DNA from: the human T2T-CHM13v2.0 reference genome, Homo sapiens
Length of the DNA stretch: 64,000 nt
Assembly: GCF_009914755.1 (NCBI RefSeq)
Contig: NC_060934.1
Reading direction: 5' to 3' (one strand)
In this document: piece by piece, positions 39,501-52,500 of the stretch
Position numbering within the stretch: the stretch's first letter is position 1
Layout: each line of letters opens with the position of its first letter
Made by a program: the position numbers and the translations under genes
The notes under the pieces: generated by a model
Databases searched by the model: none
The model's input: only the letters and a program-made list of their open reading frames with translations
What the model was told of the DNA's origin: nothing

Positions 39501-41406
39501 AAAGGATATATCTTCGTATTAAAAGTAGACAAAATCATTCTCAGAAAACTCTTTGTGATGTGTGTGTTCAACTCACAGAGTTTAACCTTTCTTTAATCGA
39601 GCAGTTTGGAAATACACTCTTTGTAAGTCTGCAGGTGGATATTTGGCCCTCTTTGAGCCCTTCGTTGGAAACGGGATTTCCTCATATAATGCTAGACAGA
39701 AGAATTCTCAGTAACTTCTTTGTGTTGTTTGTATTCAACACACAGATTTGAACCTTCCTTTAGAGAGAGCAGATTTGAAACACTCTGTTTTTGGAATTTG
39801 CAAGTGCAGATTTCAAGCGCTTCTAGGCCTATGGCAGAAAAGGAAATATCTTCGTATAAAAACTACACAGAATCATTCTCAACAACTACTTTGTGATGTG
39901 TGCGTTCAACTCACAGAGTTTAACCTTTCTTTTCATAGAGCAGTTTGGAAACACTCTGTTTGTAAAGCCTGCAAGTGCTTTTTTGGACTTCATTGAGGCC
40001 TTCGTTGGAAACGGGATTTCTTCATATAATGCTAGACAGAAGAATTCTCAGTCACTTCTTTGTGTTGTGTGTATTCAAGTCACAGAGTTGAACCTTCCTT
40101 TAGACAGAGCAGTTTTGAAAAATTCTTTCTGTGGAGTTTGCAAGTGGAGATTTCAAGCGATTTGAGGCTAATCTTTGAAATGGAAATATCTTCGTGTAAA
40201 AACTACACAGAATCATTCTCAGAAACTGCTTTGTCATCTGTGCGTTCAGTTCACAGAGTTTCACCTTTCTCTTCATAGAGCAGTTTGGAAAGACTCTGTC
40301 TGTAAAGTCTGCAAGTGATTAGTTAGACCCCTTTGAGGCCTTCGTTGGAAGTGGGATTTCTCATTTACTGCTAGACAGAAGAATTCTCAGTAAATCCTTT
40401 GTGTTGTGTGTATTCAACTCACAGAGTGGAACATTCCTTTATTCAGAGCAGTTTTGAAACACTCTTTTTGTGGAATTTGCAAGTGGAGATTTCAAGCGAT
40501 TTGACGCCAATCTTAGACATGGAAATATCTTCATATTAAAAGTACACAGAGTCATTCGTAGAAACTAGTTTGTGATGTGTGCCTTCAACTCACAGAGTTT
40601 AACCTTTCTTTTCATAGAGCAGTTGGGAAACACTCTATTTGTAAAGTCTGCAAGTGGATATTTGGACCTCTTTGAGGCCTTCGTTGGAAACGGGATTTCT
40701 TCATATAACGCTAGACAGAAGAATTCTCAGTAACTTCTTTGTGTTGTGTGTATTCAACTCACAGAGTTGAACCTTTCTTTAGAGGGAGCAGAGGTGAAAC
40801 ACTCTTTTTGTGGAATTTGCTAGTGTAGATTTCAAACGCTTCGAAGACAGTGATAGAAAAGGATATATCTTCGTATTAAAAGTAGACAAAATCATTCTCA
40901 GAAAACTCTTTGTGATGTGTGTGTTCAACTCACAGAGTTTAACCTTTCTTTAATCGAGCAGTTTGGAAATACACTCTTTGTAAGTCTGCAGGTGGATATT
41001 TGGCCCTCTTTGAGCCCTTCGTTGGAAACGGGATTTCCTCATATAATGCTAGACAGAAGAATTCTCAGTAACTTCTTTGTGTTGTTTGTATTCAACACAC
41101 AGATTTGAACCTTCCTTTAGAGAGAGCAGATTTGAAACACTCTGTTTTTGGAATTTGCAAGTGCAGATTTCAAGCGCTTCTAGGCCTATGGCAGAAAAGG
41201 AAATATCTTCGTATAAAAACTACACAGAATCATTCTCAACAACTACTTTGTGATGTGTGCGTTCAACTCACAGAGTTTAACCTTTCTTTTCATAGAGCAG
41301 TTTGGAAACACTCTGTTTGTAAAGCCTGCAAGTGCTTTTATGGACTTCATTGAGGCCTTCGTTGGAAACGGGATTTCTTCATATAATGCTAGACAGAAGA
41401 ATTCTC
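30551..41406 (+). repeat. Run of eight consecutive 8-mer HORs, two of them chimeric (35979-38692)
   Basis: Eight anchors spaced exactly 1357 bp apart (ORF starts 30561 to 41417). Confidence 0.97.
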
Positions 41407-44400
41407 AGTCACTTCTTTGTGTTGTGTGTATTCAAGTCACAGAGTTGAACCTTCCTTTAGACAGAGCAGTTTTGAAAAATTCTTTCTGTGGAGTTTGCAA
41501 GTGGAGATTTCAAGCGATTTGAGGCTAATCTTTGAAATGGAAATATCTTCGTGTAAAAACTACACAGAATCATTCTCAGAAACTGCTTTGTCATCTGTGC
41601 GTTCAGTTCACAGAGTTTCACCTTTCTCTTCATAGAGCAGTTTGGAAAGACTCTGTCTGTAAAGTCTGCAAGTGATTAGTTAGACCCCTTTGAGGCCTTC
41701 GTTGGAAGCGGGATTTCTCATTTACTGCTAGACAGAAGAATTCTCAGTAAATCCTTTGTGTTGTGTGTATTCAACTCACAGAGTGGAACCTTCCTTTATT
41801 CAGAGCAGTTTTGAAAAACACTTTTTGTGGAATTTGCAAGTGGAGATTTCAAGCGATTTGACGCCAATCTTAGACATGGAAATGTCTTCATATTAAAAGT
41901 ACACAGAGTCATTCGTAGAAACTAGTTTGTGATGTGTGCCTTCAACTCACAGAGTTTAACCTTTCTTTTCATAGAGCAGTTTGGAAACACTCTATTTGTA
42001 AAGTCTGCAAGTGGATATTTGGACCTCCTTGAGGCCTTCGTTGGAAACGGGATTTCTTCATACAACGCTAGACAGAAGAATTCTCAGTAACTTCTTTGTG
42101 TTGTGTGTATTCAACTCACAGAGTTGAACCTTTCTTTAGAGAGAGCAGAGTTGAAACACTCTGTTTTTGGAGTTTGCAAGTGCAGATTTCAAGCGATTCT
42201 AGGCCAATGGCAGAAAAGGAAATATCTTCGTATAAAAAATACACAGAATCATTCTCAACAACTACTTTGTGATGTGTGCGTTCAACTCACAGAGTTTAAC
42301 CTTTCTTTTCATAGAGCAGTTTGGAAACACTCTGTTTGTAAAGCCTGCAAGTGCTTTTTTGGACTTCATTGAGGCCTTCGTTGGAAACGGGATTTCTTCA
42401 TGTAATGCTAGACAGAAGAATTCTCAGTCACTTCTTTGTGTTGTGTGTATTCAAGTCACAGAGTTGAACCTTCCTTTAGACAGAGCAGTTTTGAAAAATT
42501 CTTTCTGTGTAATTTGCAAGTGGAGATTTCAAGCGATTTGAGGCTAATCTTTGAAATGGAAATATCTTCGTGTAAAAACTACACAGAATCATTCTCAGAA
42601 ACTGCTTTGTCATCTGTGCGTTCAGTTCACAGAGTTTCACCTTTCTCTTCATAGAGCAGTTTGGAAAGACTCTGTCTGTAATGTCTGCAAGTGATTAGTT
42701 AGACCCCTTTGAGGCCTTCGTTGGAAGCGGGATTTCTCATTTACTGCTAGACAGAAGAATTCTCAGTAACTCCTTTGTGTTGTGTGTATTCAACTCACAG
42801 AGTGGAACCTTCCTTTATTCAGAGCAGTTTTGAAACACTCTTTTTGTGGAATTTGCAAGTGGAGATTTCAAGCGATTTGACGCCAATCTTAGACATGGAA
42901 ATATCTTCATATTAAAAGTACACAGAGTCATTCGTAGAAACTAGTTTGTGATGTGTGCCTTCAACTCACAGAGTTTAACCTTTCTTTTCATAGAGCAGTT
43001 GGGAAACACTCTATTTGTAAAGTCTGCAAGTGGATATTTGGACCTCTTTGAGGCCTTCGTTGGAAACGGGATTTCTTCATATAACGCTAGACAGAAGAAT
43101 TCTCAGTAACTTCTTTGTGTTGTGTGTATTCAACTCACAGAGTTGAACCTTTCTTTAGAGGGAGCAGAGGTGAAACACTCTTTTTGTGGAATTTGCTAGT
43201 GTAGATTTCAAACGCTTCGAAGACAGTGATAGAAAAGGATATATCTTCGTATTAAAAGTAGACAAAATCATTCTCAGAAAACTCTTTGTGATGTGTGTGT
43301 TCAACTCACAGAGTTTAACCTTTCTTTAATCGAGCAGTTTGGAAATACACTCTTTGTAAGTCTGCAGGTGGATATTTGGCCCTCTTTGAGCCCTTCGTTG
43401 GAAACGGGATTTCCTCATATAATGCTAGACAGAAGAATTCTCAGTAACTTCTTTGTGTTGTTTGTATTCAACACACAGATTTGAACCTTCCTTTAGAGAG
43501 AGCAGATTTGAAACACTCTGTTTTTGGAATTTGCAAGTGCAGATTTCAAGCGCTTCTAGGCCTATGGCAGAAAAGGAAATATCTTCGTATAAAAACTACA
43601 CAGAATCATTCTCAACAACTACTTTGTGATGTGTGCGTTCAACTCACAGAGTTTAACCTTTCTTTTCATAGAGCAGTTTGGAAACACTCTGTTTGTAAAG
43701 CCTGCAAGTGCTTTTTTGGACTTCATTGAGGCCTTCGTTGGAAACGGGATTTCTTCATATAATGCTAGACAGAAGAATTCTCAGTCACTTCTTTGTGTTG
43801 TGTGTATTCAAGTCACAGAGTTGAACCTTCCTTTAGACAGAGCAGTTTTGAAAAATTCTTTCTGTGGAGTTTGCAAGTGGAGATTTCAAGCGATTTGAGG
43901 CTAATCTTTGAAATGGAAATATCTTCGTGTAAAAACTACACAGAATCATTCTCAGAAACTGCTTTGTCATCTGTGCGTTCAGTTCACAGAGTTTCACCTT
44001 TCTCTTCATAGAGCAGTTTGGAAAGACTCTGTCTGTAAAGTCTGCAAGTGATTAGTTAGACCCCTTTGAGGCCTTCGTTGGAAGCGGGATTTCTCATTTA
44101 CTGCTAGACAGAAGAATTCTCAGTAAATCCTTTGTGTTGTGTGTATTCAACTCACAGAGTGGAACCTTCCTTTATTCAGAGCAGTTTTGAAAAACACTTT
44201 TTGTGGAATTTGCAAGTGGAGATTTCAAGCGATTTGACGCCAATCTTAGACATGGAAATATCTTCATATTAAAAGTACACAGAGTCATTCGTAGAAACTA
44301 GTTTGTGATGTGTGCCTTCAACTCACAGAGTTTAACCTTTCTTTTCATAGAGCAGTTTGGAAACACTCTATTTGTAAAGTCTGCAAGTGGATATTTGGAC

Positions 44401-47400
44401 CTCTTTGAGGCCTTCGTTGGAAACGGGATTTCTTCATACAACGCTAGACAGAAGAATTCTCAGTAACTTCTTTGTGTTGTGTGTATTCAACTCACAGAGT
44501 TGAACCTTTCTTTAGAGAGAGCAGAGTTGAAACACTCTGTTTTTGGAATTTGCAACTGCAGATTTCAAGCGATTCTAGGCCTATGGCAGAAAAGGAAATA
44601 TCTTCGTATAAAAACAACACAGAACCATTCTCAACAACTACTTTGTGATGTGTGCGTTCAACTCACAGAGTTTAACCTTTCTTTTCATAGAGCAGTTTGG
44701 AAACACTCTGTTTGTAAAGCCTGCAAGTGCTTTTTTGGACTTCATTGAGGCCTTCGTTGGAAACGGGATTTCTTCATGTAATGCTAGACAGAAGAATTCT
44801 CAGTCACTTCTTTGTGTTGTGTGTATTCAAGTCACAGAGTTGAACCTTCCTTTAGACAGAGCAGTTTTGAAAAATTCTTTCTGTGTAATTTGCAAGTGGA
44901 GATTTCAAGCGATTTGAGGCTAATCTTTGAAATGGAAATATCTTCGTGTAAAAACTACACAGAATCATTCTCAGAAACTGCTTTGTCATCTGTGCGTTCA
45001 GTTCACAGAGTTTCACCTTTCTCTTCATAGAGCAGTTTGGAAAGACTCTGTCTGTAAAGTCTGCAAGTGATTAGTTAGACCCCTTTGAGGCCTTCGTTGG
45101 AAGCGGGATTTCTCATTTACTGCTAGACAGAAGAATTCTCAGTAACTCCTTTGTGTTGTGTGTATTCAACTCACAGAGTGGAACCTTCCTTTATTCAGAG
45201 CAGTTTTGAAACACTCTTTTTGTGGAATTTGCAAGTGGAGATTTCAAGCGATTTGACGCCAATCTTAGACATGGAAATATCTTCATATTAAAAGTACACA
45301 GAGTCATTCGTAGAAACTAGTTTGTGATGTGTGCCTTCAACTCACAGAGTTTAACCTTTCTTTTCATAGAGCAGTTGGGAAACACTCTATTTGTAAAGTC
45401 TGCAAGTGGATATTTGGACCTCTTTGAGGCCTTCGTTGGAAACGGGATTTCTTCATATAACGCTAGACAGAAGAATTCTCAGTAACTTCTTTGTGTTGTG
45501 TGTATTCAACTCACAGAGTTGAACCTTTCTTTAGAGGGAGCAGAGGTGAAACACTCTTTTTGTGGAATTTGCTAGTGTAGATTTCAAACGCTTCGAAGAC
45601 AGTGATAGAAAAGGATATATCTTCGTATTAAAAGTAGACAAAATCATTCTCAGAAAACTCTTTGTGATGTGTGTGTTCAACTCACAGAGTTTAACCTTTC
45701 TTTAATCGAGCAGTTTGGAAATACACTCTTTGTAAGTCTGCAGGTGGATATTTGGCCCTCTTTGAGCCCTTCGTTGGAAACGGGATTTCCTCATATAATG
45801 CTAGACAGAAGAATTCTCAGTAACTTCTTTGTGTTGTTTGTATTCAACACACAGATTTGAACCTTCCTTTAGAGAGAGCAGATTTGAAACACTCTGTTTT
45901 TGGAATTTGCAAGTGCAGATTTCAAGCGCTTCTAGGCCTATGGCAGAAAAGGAAATATCTTCGTATAAAAACTACACAGAATCATTCTCAACAACTACTT
46001 TGTGATGTGTGCGTTCAACTCACAGAGTTTAACCTTTCTTTTCATAGAGCAGTTTGGAAACACTCTGTTTGTAAATCCTGCAAGTGCTTTTATGGACTTC
46101 ATTGAGGCCTTCGTTGGAAACGGGATTTCTTCATATAATGCTAGACAGAAGAATTCTCAGTCACTTCTTTGTGTTGTGTGTATTCAAGTCACAGAGTTGA
46201 ACCTTCCTTTAGACAGAGCAGTTTTGAAAAATTCTTTCTGTGGAGTTTGCAAGTGGAGATTTCAAGCGATTTGAGGCTAATCTTTGAAATGGAAATATCT
46301 TCGTGTAAAAACTACACAGAATCATTCTCAGAAACTGCTTTGTCATCTGTGCGTTCAGTTCACAGAGTTTCACCTTTCTCTTCATAGAGCAGTTTGGAAA
46401 GACTCTGTCTGTAAAGTCTGCAAGTGATTAGTTAGACCCCTTTGAGGCCTTCGTTGGAAGCGGGATTTCTCATTTACTGCTAGACAGAAGAATTCTCAGT
46501 AAATCCTTTGTGTTGTGTGTATTCAACTCACAGAGTGGAACCTTCCTTTATTCAGAGCAGTTTTGAAAAACACTTTTTGTGGAATTTGCAAGTGGAGATT
46601 TCAAGCGATTTGACGCCAATCTTAGACATGGAAATGTCTTCATATTAAAAGTACACAGAGTCATTCGTAGAAACTAGTTTGTGATGTGTGCCTTCAACTC
46701 ACAGAGTTTAACCTTTCTTTTCATAGAGCAGTTTGGAAACACTCTATTTGTAAAGTCTGCAAGTGGATATTTGGACCTCTTTGAGGCCTTCGTTGGAAAC
46801 GGGATTTCTTCATACAACGCTAGACAGAAGAATTCTCAGTAACTTCTTTGTGTTGTGTGTATTCAACTCACAGAGTTGAACCTTTCTTTAGAGAGAGCAG
46901 AGTTGAAACACTCTGTTTTTGGAATTTGCAACTGCAGATTTCAAGCGATTCTAGGCCAATGGCAGAAAAGGAAATATCTTCGTATAAAAACTACACAGAA
47001 TCATTCTCAACAACTACTTTGTGATGTGTGCGTTCAACTCACAGAGTTTAACCTTTCTTTTCATAGAGCAGTTTGGAAACACTCTGTTTGTAAAGCCTGC
47101 AAGTGCTTTTTTGGACTTCATTGAGGCCTTCGTTGGAAACGGGATTTCTTCATGTAATGCTAGACAGAAGAATTCTCAGTCACTTCTTTGTGTTGTGTGT
47201 ATTCAAGTCACAGAGTTGAACCTTCCTTTAGACAGAGCAGTTTTGAAAAATTCTTTCTGTGGAGTTTGCAAGTGGAGATTTCAAGCGATTTGAGGCTAAT
47301 CTTTGAAATGGAAATATCTTCGTGTAAAAACTACACAGAATCATTCTCAGAAACTGCTTTGTCATCTGTGCGTTCAGTTCACAGAGTTTCACCTTTCTCT

Positions 47401-49553
47401 TCATAGAGCAGTTTGGAAAGACTCTGTCTGTAAAGTCTGCAAGTGATTAGTTAGACCCCTTTGAGGCCTTCGTTGGAAGCGGGATTTCTCATTTACTGCT
47501 AGACAGAAGAATTCTCAGTAAATCCTTTGTGTTGTGTGTATTCAACTCACAGAGTGGAACCTTCCTTTATTCAGAGCAGTTTTGAAACACTCTTTTTGTG
47601 GAATTTGCAAGTGGAGATTTCAAGCGATTTGACGCCAATCTTAGACATGGAAATATCTTCATATTAAAAGTACACAGAGTCATTCGTAGAAACTAGTTTG
47701 TGATGTGTGCCTTCAACTCACAGAGTTTAACCTTTCTTTTCATAGAGCAGTTGGGAAACACTCTATTTGTAAAGTCTGCAAGTGGATATTTGGACCTCTT
47801 TGAGGCCTTCGTTGGAAACGGGATTTCTTCATATAACGCTAGACAGAAGAATTCTCAGTAACTTCTTTGTGTTGTGTGTATTCAACTCACAGAGTTGAAC
47901 CTTTCTTTAGAGGGAGCAGAGGTGAAACACTCTTTTTGTGGAATTTGCTAGTGTAGATTTCAAACGCTTCGAAGACAGTGATAGAAAAGGATATATCTTC
48001 GTATTAAAAGTAGACAAAATCATTCTCAGAAAACTCTTTGTGATGTGTGTGTTCAACTCACAGAGTTTAACCTTTCTTTAATCGAGCAGTTTGGAAATAC
48101 ACTCTTTGTAAGTCTGCAGGTGGATATTTGGCCCTCTTTGAGCCCTTCGTTGGAAACGGGATTTCCTCATATAATGCTAGACAGAAGAATTCTCAGTAAC
48201 TTCTTTGTGTTGTTTGTATTCAACACACAGATTTGAACCTTCCTTTAGAGAGAGCAGATTTGAAACACTCTGTTTTTGGAATTTGCAAGTGCAGATTTCA
48301 AGCGCTTCTAGGCCTATGGCAGAAAAGGAAATATCTTCGTATAAAAACTACACAGAATCATTCTCAACAACTACTTTGTGATGTGTGCGTTCAACTCACA
48401 GAGTTTAACCTTTCTTTTCATAGAGCAGTTTGGAAACACTCTGTTTGTAAAGCCTGCAAGTGCTTTTTTGGACTTCATTGAGGCCTTCGTTGGAAACGGG
48501 ATTTCTTCATATAATGCTAGACAGAAGAATTCTCAGTCACTTCTTTGTGTTGTGTGTATTCAAGTCACAGAGTTGAACCTTCCTTTAGACAGAGCAGTTT
48601 TGAAAAATTCTTTCTGTGGAGTTTGCAAGTGGAGATTTCAAGCGATTTGAGGCTAATCTTTGAAATGGAAATATCTTCGTGTAAAAACTACACAGAATCA
48701 TTCTCAGAAACTGCTTTGTCATCTGTGCGTTCAGTTCACAGAGTTTCACCTTTCTCTTCATAGAGCAGTTTGGAAAGACTCTGTCTGTAAAGTCTGCAAG
48801 TGATTAGTTAGACCCCTTTGAGGCCTTCGTTGGAAGCGGGATTTCTCATTTACTGCTAGACAGAAGAATTCTCAGTAAATCCTTTGTGTTGTGTGTATTC
48901 AACTCACAGAGTGGAACCTTCCTTTATTCAGAGCAGTTTTGAAAAACACTTTTTGTGGAATTTGCAAGTGGAGATTTCAAGCGATTTGACGCCAATCTTA
49001 GACATGGAAATATCTTCATATTAAAAGTACACAGAGTCATTCGTAGAAACTAGTTTGTGATGTGTGCCTTCAACTCACAGAGTTTAACCTTTCTTTTCAT
49101 AGAGCAGTTTGGAAACACTCTATTTGTAAAGTCTGCAAGTGGATATTTGGACCTCTTTGAGGCCTTCGTTGGAAACGGGATTTCTTCATACAACGCTAGA
49201 CAGAAGAATTCTCAGTAACTTCTTTGTGTTGTGTGTATTCAACTCACAGAGTTGAACCTTTCTTTAGAGAGAGCAGAGTTGAAACACTCTGTTTTTGGAA
49301 TTTGCAACTGCAGATTTCAAGCGATTCTAGGCCTATGGCAGAAAAGGAAATATCTTCGTATAAAAACTACACAGAATCATTCTCAACAACTACTTTGTGA
49401 TGTGTGCGTTCAACTCACAGAGTTTAACCTTTCTTTTCATAGAGCAGTTTGGAAACACTCTGTTTGTAAAGCCTGCAAGTGCTTTTTTGGACTTCATTGA
49501 GGCCTTCGTTGGAAACGGGATTTCTTCATATAATGCTAGACAGAAGAATTCTC
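40050..49553 (+). repeat. Four consecutive 8+6 (14-mer, 2376 bp) super-units
   Basis: Unit lengths alternate 1357/1019 four times. The rare SNV GTAAC(T)CCT is shared at 42770 and 45146, exactly 2376 bp apart. Confidence 0.9.
40340..40356 (+). promoter_or_regulatory. Disrupted CENP-B box (CTTCGTTGGAAGTGGGA)
   Basis: C>T at 40352 changes the essential CGGG to TGGG, a CpG transition. Confidence 0.9.
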
Positions 49554-52500
49554 AGTCACTTCTTTGTGTTGTGTGTATTCAAGTCACAGAGTTGAACCTT
49601 CCTTTAGACAGAGCAGTTTTGAAAAATTCTTTCTGTGGAGTTTGCAAGTGGAGATTTCAAGCGATTTGAGGCTAATCTTTGAAATGGAAATATCTTCGTG
49701 TAAAAACTACACAGAATCATTCTCAGAAACTGCTTTGTCATCTGTGCGTTCAGTTCACAGAGTTTCACCTTTCTCTTCATAGAGCAGTTTGGAAAGACTC
49801 TGTCTGTAAAGTCTGCAAGTGATTAGTTAGACCCCTTTGAGGCCTTCGTTGGAAGCGGGATTTCTCATTTACTGCTAGACAGAAGAATTCTCAGTAAATC
49901 CTTTGTGTTGTGTGTATTCAACTCACAGAGTGGAACCTTCCTTTATTCAGAGCAGTTTTGAAAAACACTTTTTGTGGAATTTGCAAGTGGAGATTTCAAG
50001 CGATTTGACGCCAATCTTAGACATGGAAATGTCTTCATATTAAAAGTACACAGAGTCATTCGTAGAAACTAGTTTGTGATGTGTGCCTTCAACTCACAGA
50101 GTTTAACCTTTCTTTTCATAGAGCAGTTTGGAAACACTCTATTTGTAAAGTCTGCAAGTGGATATTTGGACCTCTTTGAGGCCTTCGTTGGAAACGGGAT
50201 TTCTTCATACAACGCTAGACAGAAGAATTCTCAGTAACTTCTTTGTGTTGTGTGTATTCAACTCACAGAGTTGAACCTTTCTTTAGAGAGAGCAGAGTTG
50301 AAACACTCTGTTTTTGGAATTTGCAACTGCAGATTTCAAGCGATTCTAGGCCAATAGCAGAAAAGGAAATATCTTCGTATAAAAACTACACAGAATCATT
50401 CTCAACAACTACTTTGTGATGTGTGCGTTCAACTCACAGAGTTTAACCTTTCTTTTCATAGAGCAGTTTGGAAACACTCTGTTTGTAAAGCCTGCAAGTG
50501 CTTTTTTGGACTTCATTGAGGCCTTCGTTGGAAACGGGATTTCTTCATGTAATGCTAGACAGAAGAATTCTCAGTCACTTCTTTGTGTTGTGTGTATTCA
50601 AGTCACAGAGTTGAACCTTCCTTTAGACAGAGCAGTTTTGAAAAATTCTTTCTGTGTAATTTGCAAGTGGAGATTTCAAGCGATTTGAGGCTAATCTTTG
50701 AAATGGAAATATCTTCGTGTAAAAACTACACAGAATCATTCTCAGAAACTGCTTTGTCATCTGTGCGTTCAGTTCACAGAGTTTCACCTTTCTCTTCATA
50801 GAGCAGTTTGGAAAGACTCTGTCTGTAAAGTCTGCAAGTGATTAGTTAGACCCCTTTGAGGCCTTCGTTGGAAGCGGGATTTCTCATTTACTGCTAGACA
50901 GAAGAATTCTCAGTAAATCCTTTGTGTTGTGTGTATTCAACTCACAGAGTGGAACCTTCCTTTATTCAGAGCAGTTTTGAAACACTCTTTTTGTGGAATT
51001 TGCAAGTGGAGATTTCAAGCGATTTGACGCCAATCTTAGACATGGAAATATCTTCATATTAAAAGTACACAGAGTCATTCGTAGAAACTAGTTTGTGATG
51101 TGTGCCTTCAACTCACAGAGTTTAACCTTTCTTTTCATAGAGCAGTTGGGAAACACTCTATTTGTAAAGTCTGCAAGTGGATATTTGGACCTCTTTGAGG
51201 CCTTCGTTGGAAACGGGATTTCTTCATATAACGCTAGACAGAAGAATTCTCAGTAACTTCTTTGTGTTGTGTGTATTCAACTCACAGAGTTGAACCTTTC
51301 TTTAGAGGGAGCAGAGGTGAAACACTCTTTTTGTGGAATTTGCTAGTGTAGATTTCAAACGCTTCGAAGACAGTGATAGAAAAGGATATATCTTCGTATT
51401 AAAAGTAGACAAAATCATTCTCAGAAAACTCTTTGTGATGTGTGTGTTCAACTCACAGAGTTTAACCTTTCTTTAATCGAGCAGTTTGGAAATACACTCT
51501 TTGTAAGTCTGCAGGTGGATATTTGGCCCTCTTTGAGCCCTTCGTTGGAAACGGGATTTCCTCATATAATGCTAGACAGAAGAATTCTCAGTAACTTCTT
51601 TGTGTTGTTTGTATTCAACACACAGATTTGAACCTTCCTTTAGAGAGAGCAGATTTGAAACACTCTGTTTTTGGAATTTGCAAGTGCAGATTTCAAGCGC
51701 TTCTAGGCCTATGGCAGAAAAGGAAATATCTTCGTATAAAAACTACACAGAATCATTCTCAACAACTACTTTGTGATGTGTGCGTTCAACTCACAGAGTT
51801 TAACCTTTCTTTTCATAGAGCAGTTTGGAAACACTCTGTTTGTAAAGCCTGCAAGTGCTTTTTTGGACTTCATTGAGGCCTTCGTTGGAAACGGGATTTC
51901 TTCATATAATGCTAGACAGAAGAATTCTCAGTCACTTCTTTGTGTTGTGTGTATTCAAGTCACAGAGTTGAACCTTCCTTTAGACAGAGCAGTTTTGAAA
52001 AATTCTTTCTGTGGAGTTTGCAAGTGGAGATTTCAAGCGATTTGAGGCTAATCTTTGAAATGGAAATATCTTCGTGTAAAAGCTACACAGAATCATTCTC
52101 AGAAACTGCTTTGTCATCTGTGCGTTCAGTTCACAGAGTTTCACCTTTCTCTTCATAGAGCAGTTTGGAAAGACTCTGTCTGTAAAGTCTGCAAGTGATT
52201 AGTTAGACCCCTTTGAGGCCTTCGTTGGAAGCGGGATTTCTCATTTACTGCTAGACAGAAGAATTCTCAGTAAATCCTTAGTGTTGTGTGTATTCAACTC
52301 ACAGAGTGGAACCTTCCTTTATTCAGAGCAGTTTTGAAAAACACTTTTTGTGGAATTTGGAAGTGGAGATTTCAAGCGATTTGACGCCAATCTTAGACAT
52401 GGAAATATCTTCATATTAAAAGTACACAGAGTCATTCGTAGAAACTAGTTTGTGATGTGTGCCTTCAACTCACAGAGTTTAACCTTTCTTTTCATAGAGC

